A stretch of DNA of 49,791 nt from Bacteroidota bacterium (GTDB lineage Bacteria > Bacteroidota > Ignavibacteria > Ignavibacteriales > Melioribacteraceae): the NCBI GenBank assembly GCA_024275455.1, contig JAJRZB010000127.1:1-49791 (forward strand). Direction: 5' to 3'. Of the stretch, positions 35,238-46,594 are shown piece after piece. The notes beneath the pieces are model-generated. The model made no database searches. It was given only the letters and a program-made list of their open reading frames with translations, and was not told the origin of the DNA. A program made the translations under genes and the position numbers. Each line of letters starts with the position of its first letter. Within the stretch, counting starts at the first letter, position 1.

Positions 35238-35666
35238 CTAATCTTTAGTAACATCAAAATTAATATACGTTGACTTACTTTGTTTTGCAAGTTTATCAGT
35301 CACATTAAATATTAATTTATATTTTCCCGTTCCAAAAGTAGAATCAATTTCCACTTGAGCTTCAAGTTGTATATCTGAAAACTCCTCGCTACTTTCTTCC
35401 TCAACATTGTTTTCAAATATTGAAACGAGAGAATCTGAGTCCGGAGTAACTAAGTCAACATTATAACTCAGTTTAATTTGCCACTTACTATCTTTCTCAT
35501 TTTGTGCAAATCCTTTTGCATTTATCGTAGCATTTACTTCCCAACTATCACCAATATTAAAAGCAAATGCTTCAGGATTAAACAATTCTAATTTGGGTTC
35601 ATGTTTATTTTTGCAAGCTAAAAGGTTAAACAATAAAAATGAGGAAATTAAAAATTTTGTTTTCAT
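35238..35666 (-). CDS. lipoprotein of unknown function
   Basis: 142 aa. Lipobox-like signal MKTKFLISSFLLFNLLAC. Confidence 0.5.
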   Translation of the reverse strand: MKTKFLISSFLLFNLLACKNKHEPKLELFNPEAFAFNIGDSWEVNATINAKGFAQNEKDSKWQIKLSYNVDLVTPDSDSLVSIFENNVEEESSEEFSDIQLEAQVEIDSTFGTGKYKLIFNVTDKLAKQSKSTYINFDVTKD

Positions 35667-35716
35667 AAAAATCGCTTTGGTTTGTAAAATTAAAATTATT
35701 TAAAATAGTAAAAGGA

Positions 35717-36187
35717 TTAATCTTTTTGATTATAAAAATTACGCATAAATTTTTTCATTTTTTTTACATAATCTTTAACCTCATTAAAAACATTTTCGCT
35801 TAACATATTTTCTTTTGCGTAAATCATAATTGGTCTTACAGATTGTATTTTATTTCCGAATTTTTCCATCCATTTATGGCGAGGAAACATCCATAAGTGA
35901 AATCCATGTTCACTATCTTCGTTCTGAAATAAATAGACTTCTTCTATCTTCAAAACTTCACGCATTCCTTTACGAACTATTTTGACAAGGATTATAAATT
36001 CATTTGCTTCTTCGTCTGTAAATTCATCAATTGACTTTACTTTTCTTATTGGAGCAACAATAAAAAATCCTGGAATGGGAACTTCCCAATCTTGATTTAT
36101 TGTAAACAGTTTTGTTGTGGTTATGTTTTCGTTTGGGAAAAGGACTTTATCATTCATTTTTATTGGTTGTTTATATATCTGGGGCAA
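35717..36187 (-). CDS. HIT-like fold protein (deviant histidine triad)
   Basis: 156 aa. SEHGFHLWMFPRH resembles the HxHxHxx triad, with the third His replaced by Trp. TTG start at 36187 with an AAGGGG SD 7 nt upstream. An alternative ATG lies at codon 11. Confidence 0.45.
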   Translation of the reverse strand: MPQIYKQPIKMNDKVLFPNENITTTKLFTINQDWEVPIPGFFIVAPIRKVKSIDEFTDEEANEFIILVKIVRKGMREVLKIEEVYLFQNEDSEHGFHLWMFPRHKWMEKFGNKIQSVRPIMIYAKENMLSENVFNEVKDYVKKMKKFMRNFYNQKD

Positions 36188-36203
36188 TAGATCGCCCCTT
36201 AGT

Positions 36204-36225
36204 CCCCTCCTTGTTAAAGGAGGGG
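36204..36225 (-). other. GC-rich hairpin between serC and the HIT-like gene
   Basis: CCCCTCCTT (36204-36212) / AAGGAGGGG (36217-36225) with a 4-nt loop, 10 nt after the serC stop. No clear U-tract follows on the minus strand. Confidence 0.5.
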
Positions 36226-36234
36226 AAATATTTT

Positions 36235-37320
36235 TTAATTGTTCTTTTTGAAGTCTTCCATAAATTGAACTAAATCTTCGACACCTTTTGTCGGGAATGC
36301 ATTATAAATAGATGCGCGGATTCCACCAACAGAACGATGTCCTTTTAAACCGGAAAAATCCTTTGCTGCAGCTTCTGTAATAAATTTCTTTTCTAACTCC
36401 TCAGTTTGTAAGTTAAAAGTAACATTCATTAGTGAACGATCTTCTTTAGCGGCAGAGCCTTTATAATATCCATCGGAATTATCAATTGCATCATATAACA
36501 TTTTTGCCTTTGTTTCATTTACTTTTTGCATTGCTTCCAAACCACCATTATTTAACAACCACTTATATACTAATCCCATAATATAAATAGTAAATGTTGG
36601 TGGAGTATTATACATTGAGCCTTTTTCGGCGTGCGTATTGTAATTAAGATAAGTGTGCAATGTTTCCGGTGAACGCTCAAGTAATGTTTTTTTTACAATC
36701 ACAAGAGCCGCTCCGGCAGGTCCCATATTTTTCTGGGCACCGGCATAAATTATTCCATATTTATTTACATCAATCGGTTTACTTAAAATATCTGAAGAAG
36801 CATCGCAAACAAGTGGAACATCTCCTACTTCAGGTTCAGTTTTAAACTCAGTACCAAAGATTGTATTGTTCGAAGTAAAGTGTACATAAGACGCATCAGG
36901 GGTCAGGTTAAGTGCATCTTGTTTTGGAATATAGTTAAAATTTGAATCTTCCGATGTAGCCGCAACATTTACTTCGCCTACTCTCTTAGCTTCCTTAATT
37001 GCTTTTTTAGACCATGCACCTGTATTTATGTGATCTGCTTTATTATTAGGAGGCATAATATTTAGCGGAACCATAGAAAATTGAAGTGTCGCTCCTCCTT
37101 GTAAAAACATTACTGCATAATCATCACTCACATTAAGTAAAGCGCGTAAATCTTTTTCAGCATCAGCGATAATATTACCATAAGTTTTTGAACGGTGACT
37201 CATTTCCATAACGGATAAACCTTCACCTTTGTACGAATAAAAATCCTTTTGAGATTCAAGTAACACTTCTTCCGGCAATACTCCAGGACCGGCACTGAAA
37301 TTATAAATTCTTTTTTCCAT
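36235..37320 (-). CDS. serC: 3-phosphoserine aminotransferase
   Basis: 361 aa. YNFSAGPGVLPEEVL, MEMSHRS, and PLVCDASSDILSKPIDVNKYGIIYAGAQKNMGPAG (PLP lysine). Confidence 0.93.
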   Translation of the reverse strand: MEKRIYNFSAGPGVLPEEVLLESQKDFYSYKGEGLSVMEMSHRSKTYGNIIADAEKDLRALLNVSDDYAVMFLQGGATLQFSMVPLNIMPPNNKADHINTGAWSKKAIKEAKRVGEVNVAATSEDSNFNYIPKQDALNLTPDASYVHFTSNNTIFGTEFKTEPEVGDVPLVCDASSDILSKPIDVNKYGIIYAGAQKNMGPAGAALVIVKKTLLERSPETLHTYLNYNTHAEKGSMYNTPPTFTIYIMGLVYKWLLNNGGLEAMQKVNETKAKMLYDAIDNSDGYYKGSAAKEDRSLMNVTFNLQTEELEKKFITEAAAKDFSGLKGHRSVGGIRASIYNAFPTKGVEDLVQFMEDFKKNN

Positions 37321-37375
37321 TTTAAATTTCCTTATAATAAGTAGTTTATTTAATATGTTTCAATTTGTTTTATAT

Positions 37376-37447
37376 CTCTTGCTCTTAATCTTGTTTTTAC
37401 TCATGCTTTTTAAAAAACAAAAAGAGATTAAGAGTATGATTAAGATT
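37376..37447. repeat. hairpin-forming repeat copy L, flanking the four-helix-bundle gene on its 3' side
   Basis: Inverted arms CTCTTAATCT (37382-37391) / AGATTAAGAG (37425-37434), extended by TGTTTTT/AAAAACA. It shares an exact 17-mer TAAGAGTATGATTAAGA (37429-37445) with copy R. Confidence 0.75.
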
Positions 37448-37847
37448 TTTCTGTATTATATTCAATCTCCGGTTCGTAAGTTCTATCAGAATTACTTTTG
37501 ATTAATCCTACAAGCATTGAAACTATTTCTTTTAACATAATTTTACCGGGTTTAATTTCTTCAAAGGACAATATATTTTTAGCAACTAAAATATCAAGAC
37601 CACCGGCACATTCTAATGCTGAACCTCTTGAAATATCAAAATATTTACATCTATCTTTGCTTGTAAATTTCCCGTTGCCCTCAGGAATATTCATAACAAC
37701 TGAAGTTGATGCTCGGTCTAATTGTCCATGAACAGCATGTTTCTTTTCAACCCTTTCTAAAATATCATTTAGCCAAACAACAAATTCTAATGCTTTTTGA
37801 TATACATGCAATTTTTCATGATCAAAATAATAACTTTGTTGGTTCAT
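37440..37847 (-). CDS. four-helix-bundle protein (23S rRNA intervening-sequence protein / Avd-like family)
   Basis: The ORF track gives 37440..37874. MNQQSYYFDHEKLHVYQKALEF at 37847 has an AGAGGAA RBS. The motif IPEGNGKFTSKDRCKYFDISRGSALECAGGLDIL is characteristic of the family. Confidence 0.8.
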   Translation of the reverse strand: MNQQSYYFDHEKLHVYQKALEFVVWLNDILERVEKKHAVHGQLDRASTSVVMNIPEGNGKFTSKDRCKYFDISRGSALECAGGLDILVAKNILSFEEIKPGKIMLKEIVSMLVGLIKSNSDRTYEPEIEYNTEKS

Positions 37848-37859
37848 CTTTTCCTCTTT

Positions 37860-37942
37860 CTTAATCTTACTCATTCTCTTAATCTTACTCTTAGATAGTC
37901 TGAAAACAAGATTAAAATTACGAGTAAGAGTATGATTAAGAG
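37860..37942. repeat. hairpin-forming repeat copy R, flanking the four-helix-bundle gene on its 5' side
   Basis: 18-nt inverted arms CTCTTAATCTTACTCTTA (37876-37893) / TAAGAGTATGATTAAGAG (37925-37942) with 1 mismatch. There is an extra direct half-copy CTTAATCTTACTC at 37860-37872 and 37878-37890. The 17-mer shared with copy L is at 37925-37941. Confidence 0.75.
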
Positions 37943-37945
37943 TTT

Positions 37946-39181
37946 TTAAATTGTATGGACTACCAATCCGTCTCTTAACTTAGGTTCAAACCAAGTTGAT
38001 TTAGGAGGCATTGTTTCTCCTGCATCTGAGATATTTATTAAATCATCTACTGAAACAGGATACATGGAAAATGCAACCTTAGCTTTTCCGCTATCAACTA
38101 ATTTTTCTAATTCTTGAGTACCTCTAATTCCCCCAATAAAATCAACATTTGTATCGGTTCTAATATCTTCAACACCTAAAATCGGTTGAAGTAAATAATT
38201 CTGTAAAATACTTACATCCAAATTTCCACCAACATCTTCGGTCGTTTTTACATTTTCATTTGGTTTTAATAAATACCATTTGCCCGACAAATACATACCA
38301 ATATTTCTTCTGCGTTCAGGTGATGGATTGTCGGTGTCTTCAACAGTAAAATTAACTTTTATTCTATTAAGAAAATCTTCTTCACTCATTCCCTTTAAAT
38401 CGAAAACAACTCTGTGATAAGGCAGTATTTTTAACTGTTCTGCAGGGAACAACACAGCCAAGAAGTAATTATATTCTTCTTCTCCGGTGTGATTTGGATT
38501 GCTCTCCCTTTTAACAGCTCTTGCTCTACCGGCACTCGCTGCTCTGTGGTGTCCATCAGCAATATAAAGGTAATCTGATTTTCCTATTTCATCTATTATT
38601 ATTAATTCATATTCTTTTGGAAGTATCCACATTTTATGAATTATTCTGTCTTCCGAGGTAAAATTATAAAGAGGTTCAGTATCATTCATAGTTTTATTAA
38701 CAGCTTAATTAACTTTATCAATACCCTTGTAAGTTAAAAACACTGCACCTGTTTGTGCTGCTGTGGTAACTATATGATTTGTTCTGTCATCTTCTTTTAC
38801 TTTTCTTGTTTTCTCATGCTTTTTAATTATATCGTTATCATAATCATCTACGGAAAAAGTAGCTGCAATTCCGACTTGTTTTTGCTCACCCATTGTTAAA
38901 TGGTAAATATAAAAATTAGGTTCTTCGTCTTGTATCATTTGAGCTTCTTGTTTTAATCTTTCAAAATTTTCTTTTGCCTTTTCATAAACAATTTTATCGT
39001 AAGGATTTGTTTCCGGTGGAAGTTCAATTTCCGATCTTGTAACTCTTAAAAAATTGATCTTATTATCTTTTACAAGCTCTGCCGCTTCTTCCCTGTTAAC
39101 AACATCATAAGGAACACTTGCAACTAAATGTGCAACTTCTTTTTCAGGTCTTACTGCTTTAAAGGGTCTGATAATTGCCAT
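37946..39181 (-). pseudogene. DUF1015 family protein, interrupted by an in-frame TAA at 38705-38707
   Basis: ORFs 38705..39181 and 37946..38689 share a frame. Together they give about 411 aa, the usual DUF1015 length. N-terminus MAIIRPFKAVRP... and YIADGHHRAASA are typical. Read-through gives ...GIDKVN*AVNKTMNDTEPLY. Confidence 0.8.
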
Positions 39182-39243
39182 AACTATACTCCGGGAAATA
39201 TTATATTAAATTAAACACTTGTTAAAATTTTTATTTACAAAAG

Positions 39244-40473
39244 TTATTTAATCATTTCTATCATTTGGGAAATTTCAGCCAAAGCTTCGTCGGCTAAGCC
39301 GTCAAAACCGATACTTTCAAAACGGATATTTCCTTTTTTATCGATAATAAATTTCGTCGGTATTCCCTGTACATTAAAATCTTTTACAACTGTGTTTTGG
39401 TCATCTAATAGAACAAGAAAAGGGTAATTATTTTTAGTAATAAATTCTTGAGCATTTTCTTTTTTATTTTCAACTCTTTCCCAAGTATTTATAAATAAAA
39501 ACTGTACGTTTGGATTAGAGGAATATTTTTCTACTGCCCTTTTCATAACAGGGAACGACTGCAGACAAGGTCCGCACCAAGTTGCCCAAAAATCTACTAT
39601 AATTGTTTTACCTTTAAAATCCGATAAACTTACATCTTTGCCGTTTAGATCTTTAAGAGTAAATTCCGGTGCCGGAATATTTTTTTCTTCTTCTTTTAAT
39701 TTTTCTATCATTTTAGATTTAGATTCATTTTCAAAACTTTTCAAATAACTATCAAATTCTTTTTCACTTTTACCTAATTTAGTATAAGTTTCTTTTAACA
39801 ATCCTTTCATTTCTTCTGTATAAGCTTTTTCACTCATAAATTTCTTTATTAAATTTTGCGCTTTTTCATTTTCCCCTGCATTGATAAGTGCCGATACATA
39901 ACTTTGATTAATATCGCCATATTTACCTTTTGTATATTTAACCGCTTCTTCAAAAGCAGAAAGCGATTCGGTTTTATTACCGGATTCTTTTACAATATTA
40001 CCGTATGTATCTAATACAAACCCTAATGAAGCTTCTCTTATATTCATCCACTCATCGTCCGACATATTTTGTGGTTTATTCGCTTCAGCATTTTCCAATT
40101 CTTTTCTTGCGGTTTCTACTCCTTTATTGGCATATTCCATCGCTTTATTAAGGTTACCCTTATTTCTAAACATCTCCCACGCAATTGTATTGTAAGATTG
40201 TGATGTTGCAAGGCTATTGTTTTTTTCTAAAAGGTCAGCTGCTTTTTCATAATCTTTTTTATCGGCTAACTGATTTATTAGGCTGGAAAGCATTTGTTTG
40301 CCCAATTGGGCTTCTTTATAATCATTTTTATAACTATTAAACAGTTCAAGTTTCTTGTCAAAATTGGTTTCACTTTTAAATTTATTAATAACTACATTAA
40401 CCGGCTCCTTTTCACTGCAAGAAACAATTAATACTAAAATAATCATTGAAAACACTAAGTTCTTTATGCTCAT
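39244..40473 (-). CDS. TlpA/ResA-like thiol-disulfide oxidoreductase lipoprotein with an N-terminal TPR-like helical domain
   Basis: 409 aa. Lipobox LIVSCSE, and a C-terminal thioredoxin fold with FWATWCGPC. Confidence 0.75.
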   Translation of the reverse strand: MSIKNLVFSMIILVLIVSCSEKEPVNVVINKFKSETNFDKKLELFNSYKNDYKEAQLGKQMLSSLINQLADKKDYEKAADLLEKNNSLATSQSYNTIAWEMFRNKGNLNKAMEYANKGVETARKELENAEANKPQNMSDDEWMNIREASLGFVLDTYGNIVKESGNKTESLSAFEEAVKYTKGKYGDINQSYVSALINAGENEKAQNLIKKFMSEKAYTEEMKGLLKETYTKLGKSEKEFDSYLKSFENESKSKMIEKLKEEEKNIPAPEFTLKDLNGKDVSLSDFKGKTIIVDFWATWCGPCLQSFPVMKRAVEKYSSNPNVQFLFINTWERVENKKENAQEFITKNNYPFLVLLDDQNTVVKDFNVQGIPTKFIIDKKGNIRFESIGFDGLADEALAEISQMIEMIK

Positions 40474-40610
40474 TTTGACCTCAATTTAAAATATAGAATT
40501 ATAAAATATAAATAATGTGCCGGTAAATGTATATATTAAGTAAATAATATTACCTTGATTCGTTAAATAATTTATTGCTATTTTTTACACACAAAATTTA
40601 ATGTTTTTAT

Positions 40611-41006
40611 ATGACTGAAACTGATATAAAATATTTTACCCCCGAAGAAGCAAATAGAACACTTCCCTTAGTAAGGAAGATTGTTAAAGATATTCTGGAT
40701 TATAGTTTTGAATTAAAAACTATAACTGATTCTACCGGAGGTGATATCTATGATAATCTTGAAGCTCAAAATTTAATTACTCAATTAAAAGGATTTATGG
40801 ATGAGCTTGAGGAAATTGGATGTTATTATAAGGATTGGAATTTTTCAATCGGGTTAATTGATTTTCCTGCAATTATTGATGGAGAAGAAGTTTATCTTTG
40901 CTGGAAAAGTGATGAAGATAAGGTTTTACATTACCATGGTATTAACGAAGGGTTTAGTGGAAGAAAATTGATCCCTGAATACTATTTTGATATTGCTGAA
41001 ATCTAG
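40611..41006 (+). CDS. DUF2203 family protein
   Basis: 131 aa. FTPEEANRTLPLVRKIVKDI... and KDWNFSIGLIDFPAIIDGEEVYLCWKSDEDKVLHYH fit the DUF2203 pattern. Confidence 0.6.
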   Translation: MTETDIKYFTPEEANRTLPLVRKIVKDILDYSFELKTITDSTGGDIYDNLEAQNLITQLKGFMDELEEIGCYYKDWNFSIGLIDFPAIIDGEEVYLCWKSDEDKVLHYHGINEGFSGRKLIPEYYFDIAEI

Positions 41007-42171
41007 TTGGGATTTTTGTCATTTATTTTAATCTCTATCCCTCTTTTTCTTAATTCCTCTATTATTATTTCTCCGGGTATTGCTTTGTTTACTGATACAG
41101 CTCCTTTTGTTACTTTATTTTGAGCAGAAAGAATTGCCATAACTGATGCATGCCATCCTGTTAACCTTTGCATAGCTGTAAATCCGGTTTCTTCATCATA
41201 ATAATCAATAAGTTCAATTTCGGTTTTTACATTTGTTTTATTTTTATTCCTTCTGCAAATATTTTAATAATGCCAAGATCTTTTATATCCCCGGTTGAAA
41301 TTTTAGGCTCTAATAATGCATGATAGACTTTGCGAGGAATAATCTCAGTACCTTCAACAATTATCGGTTGTTCTTCAAACAAACCTAAATCCGAAAAAGC
41401 TTTAAATCTTTCCCAATGACCTGGATAACGGAGAGTCTTATTTTCTAAAACGTTAATCTTCCCCTGAAGAGAAAATGGTAAGGTTGAAAGTCCCCCTGAA
41501 GTTACCGCTGCTTCTAAAATTCCAATTGGTTCGGGAAATTCTAATTTTTCATATCCGCTAAAGCAAGGCACTTCAGTAACTTTCCCATCTCTTAAAAATA
41601 ATGCGTTCCCGTAATATTCATTTGTTAATCCATTGATGTGAAATGAAAGTTCATAATTCCATGGAGGTTTTGGATTTTGCATTAATCCAGCTCCATAAGA
41701 TTTTACCGAATCTAATTTATCATATTGTTCAAAAAGATACTGAATAAATGATATATTCATTCCCGGATCCATTCCACAGTCAGGAATGATTGATACGTCT
41801 TTTTCTAATGCTTTGGAGTTTAACTCAAGTTGTAATCTTACAACATCTGTGTTCCCTCCGAAGTCACAAAAATTAGCTTTAACTTCAATAGCAATTTTAG
41901 ATAATTCCAGATTAAAATAATACGGCACACCACTAATAATTGAGTGTGTACCGTTTAATTCACTTTTTAGTTTTTCAGTATCCGCTACATCAATTTTAAT
42001 AGGAATGCAAACTTTTGTTTTTGTTAATTTATTTACAAACTCTGCTGCATTTTTTGCTGCATCTAAATTATTATCAATCATTAAAACTTTCTTAGCACTT
42101 CCAAACTTTACCAAATCATATGCTGAAGCAGTTCCCTGCTTTCCAGAACCAATAATTGCATAGTTAAACAT
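41003..42171 (-). pseudogene. saccharopine dehydrogenase family (lysine-6-dehydrogenase-like) oxidoreductase with a 1-nt frameshift at 41236-41245
   Basis: N-terminal Rossmann motif YAIIGSGKQGTA. The listed ORF ends ...AEGIKIKQM*. The adjacent frame continues KTNVKTEIELIDYYDEETGFTAMQRLTGWHASVMAILSAQNKV... to a TAG at 41003-41005 (my own translation, absent from the ORF track). Confidence 0.75.
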
Positions 42172-42198
42172 GTGATGAGCCTCTTAATAATTTAGAGC

Positions 42199-42236
42199 AA
42201 AAAAAATCCTCTCTATTATTTTATTTAGAGAGGATT
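42199..42236 (-). terminator. Rho-independent terminator after the OsmC gene
   Basis: AATCCTCTCT (42205-42214) / AGAGAGGATT (42227-42236). On the minus strand it is followed by a T-run (A-run at 42199-42206 on the plus strand). Confidence 0.6.
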
Positions 42237-42243
42237 AAAAAAT

Positions 42244-42672
42244 TTATTCAGCTTCTTTAATAACATACGAATGAGTTATTTCAATAGATTTTTGCAGCAT
42301 TGCTGTTACCCCGCAATAAACTGTTTGAGAAAGTTCTATTGCTCTTTCAACATCTTTCTCTTTAATATCAGTACCGTAAAAAACAAATTCAAGATGAATT
42401 TTAGTATAAACTTTGGGGTGGGTTTCGGTTTGCTCCGCTGTAATATTTATTTCAAAATCATCAAGAGCAACTCTTTTTTTCTGAAGTATAGCAGCTACAT
42501 CTGCAGCGGTACAACCAGCTAAACTTAGCAACAACAGTTCTTTAGGTCTAATACCTGCATTACTACCGCCAAAATTTTCCGGTCCATCCATTGGCACCCA
42601 ATGGTTTGAATCGGTTTTCCCAATAAAAGTAATTCCTTTAACTTGTTTTACTATTGCTTTATTAACTGCCAT
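42244..42672 (-). CDS. OsmC family peroxiredoxin-like protein
   Basis: 142 aa. LLLLSLAGCTAADVAAIL plus a second Cys in TVYCGV, the typical OsmC/Ohr layout. Confidence 0.8.
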   Translation of the reverse strand: MAVNKAIVKQVKGITFIGKTDSNHWVPMDGPENFGGSNAGIRPKELLLLSLAGCTAADVAAILQKKRVALDDFEINITAEQTETHPKVYTKIHLEFVFYGTDIKEKDVERAIELSQTVYCGVTAMLQKSIEITHSYVIKEAE

Positions 42673-42891
42673 CTTTTTCTCCTATAATTTTCTTTTTATA
42701 ATATTAAGATAATTGAATTGGATGAAAAATTCTTTTATTTGATTCAAAAAAAAATGATTTTGTCGGAAAGTTTACAATAAAAAATCTCCATATTATTAAA
42801 TGCCCAACTTCTTTGGAGAAGTTGGGCATTATTAGAATTTTGAAAATTACCGGAATGGTTAGAACTTATTTACCAAGAGTTAACATGAAAA

Positions 42892-42913
42892 CTTGCCCTA
42901 AAAACAGGGCAAG
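42892..42913 (-). terminator. probable terminator of the metK-ahcY operon
   Basis: CTTGCCCT (42892-42899) / AGGGCAAG (42906-42913), 26 nt after the ahcY stop, followed by TTTT on the minus strand. A second, 13-bp hairpin lies at 42799-42830. Confidence 0.55.
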
Positions 42914-42939
42914 TAAAAGTAAGTAATTCAAGATGTTAT

Positions 42940-45508
<2,569 letters not shown>

Positions 45509-45631
45509 TTAAACCCCTTTTGTTATTTTTGTTTGACGTTTTTAATTAAATCAAAATATTAATCTTTAAAAGTTAGATAAAAACAATACCATTACAAAAT
45601 AGTACCCCCTAAATTTCAGGATTTGAGTATA

Positions 45632-46576
45632 ATGCATAGTAATAGAATTACAAATTTAATTCAAATTAAATATCCAATTATTCAGGCAGTAATGGTTTGG
45701 GTTTCGGGATGGAAATTAGCATCAGCCGTATCAAATAATGGCGGTTTTGGCTTAATTGGCTCAGGCTCCATGAAACCGGAATTACTTAGGGAACATATTC
45801 AAAAATGTTTTAAGGCAACTAATAAACCATTTGGTGTAAATTTACCTTTACTGCGTAAAGATGCTGACGAATTAGCTAAAGTTATAGTTGATGAAAAAGT
45901 AAAAATTGTTTTTACATCAGCCGGTCACCCGGGAAAATTTATAGACTTATTTAAAAAAAATAATATTATTGTTATTCATGTTGTCCCTTCTTTAAAATTT
46001 GCATTAAAAGCCGAAAGTGTCGGCTGTGATGCTGTTGTTGGTGAAGGAGTTGAAGCAGGCGGACATAACGGGCTTGATGAAATAACAACATTTTCTCTAA
46101 TTCCTAAATTAGTTGATACTTTAAAAATTCCGGTTATTGCTGCCGGAGGAATTAGTGACGGTAGAGGTATGTTAGCTGCCTTTTCTCTCGGTGCAGAGGG
46201 AGTGCAAATTGGAACAAGGTTTGCTGTTACTCAAGAATCATCAGCTCATATCAATTATAAAAATGCAGTTATAAACGCTGCTGATAAAGATACACATCTA
46301 ATTCTAAAGAAATTTGGAATGGCCCGGGTTATTAAAAATAAATTTAGCCAAGAGGTTTTTAACAAAGAATTAAATTGTGAAGAAGATGAAAAAATTAAAT
46401 CTTTACTAAGCACAAAAAGAGAAATGAAAGGAATTTTTGAAGGTGACTTGGAGGAAGGAATGATAGAAGCAGGCCAGAGTAGTTGCCTGATAAATGATTT
46501 ACCAAATGTTGAAACATTAATGAAACAATTAATAAAATCTTACAATGATGCTCTTTCAGGTATAGAGGCATTGTAA
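45632..46576 (+). CDS. NAD(P)H-dependent flavin oxidoreductase (nitronate monooxygenase / FabK family)
   Basis: About 314 aa from the ATG at 45632 (the ORF track starts at the TTG at 45623). YPIIQAVMVWVS, GEGVEAGGH and AAGGISDGRGMLAAFSLGAEGVQIGTRF are typical of the TIM-barrel FMN family. Confidence 0.75.
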   Translation: MHSNRITNLIQIKYPIIQAVMVWVSGWKLASAVSNNGGFGLIGSGSMKPELLREHIQKCFKATNKPFGVNLPLLRKDADELAKVIVDEKVKIVFTSAGHPGKFIDLFKKNNIIVIHVVPSLKFALKAESVGCDAVVGEGVEAGGHNGLDEITTFSLIPKLVDTLKIPVIAAGGISDGRGMLAAFSLGAEGVQIGTRFAVTQESSAHINYKNAVINAADKDTHLILKKFGMARVIKNKFSQEVFNKELNCEEDEKIKSLLSTKREMKGIFEGDLEEGMIEAGQSSCLINDLPNVETLMKQLIKSYNDALSGIEAL

Positions 46577-46594
46577 AAAAGAAAGGATAAAAAA

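Noticed and set aside
41003-41006. Overlapping convergent stop codons in the palindrome CTAG (DUF2203 versus the saccharopine-DH-family gene)
   Set aside because: This is a trivial consequence of TAG stops on both strands, and no functional implication is evident.
45509-45622. Possible SAM riboswitch upstream of metK
   Set aside because: The 114-nt leader is AT-rich with only an AAGGGG SD. It has no paired helices or conserved SAM-I/SAM-II core that I can recognise.
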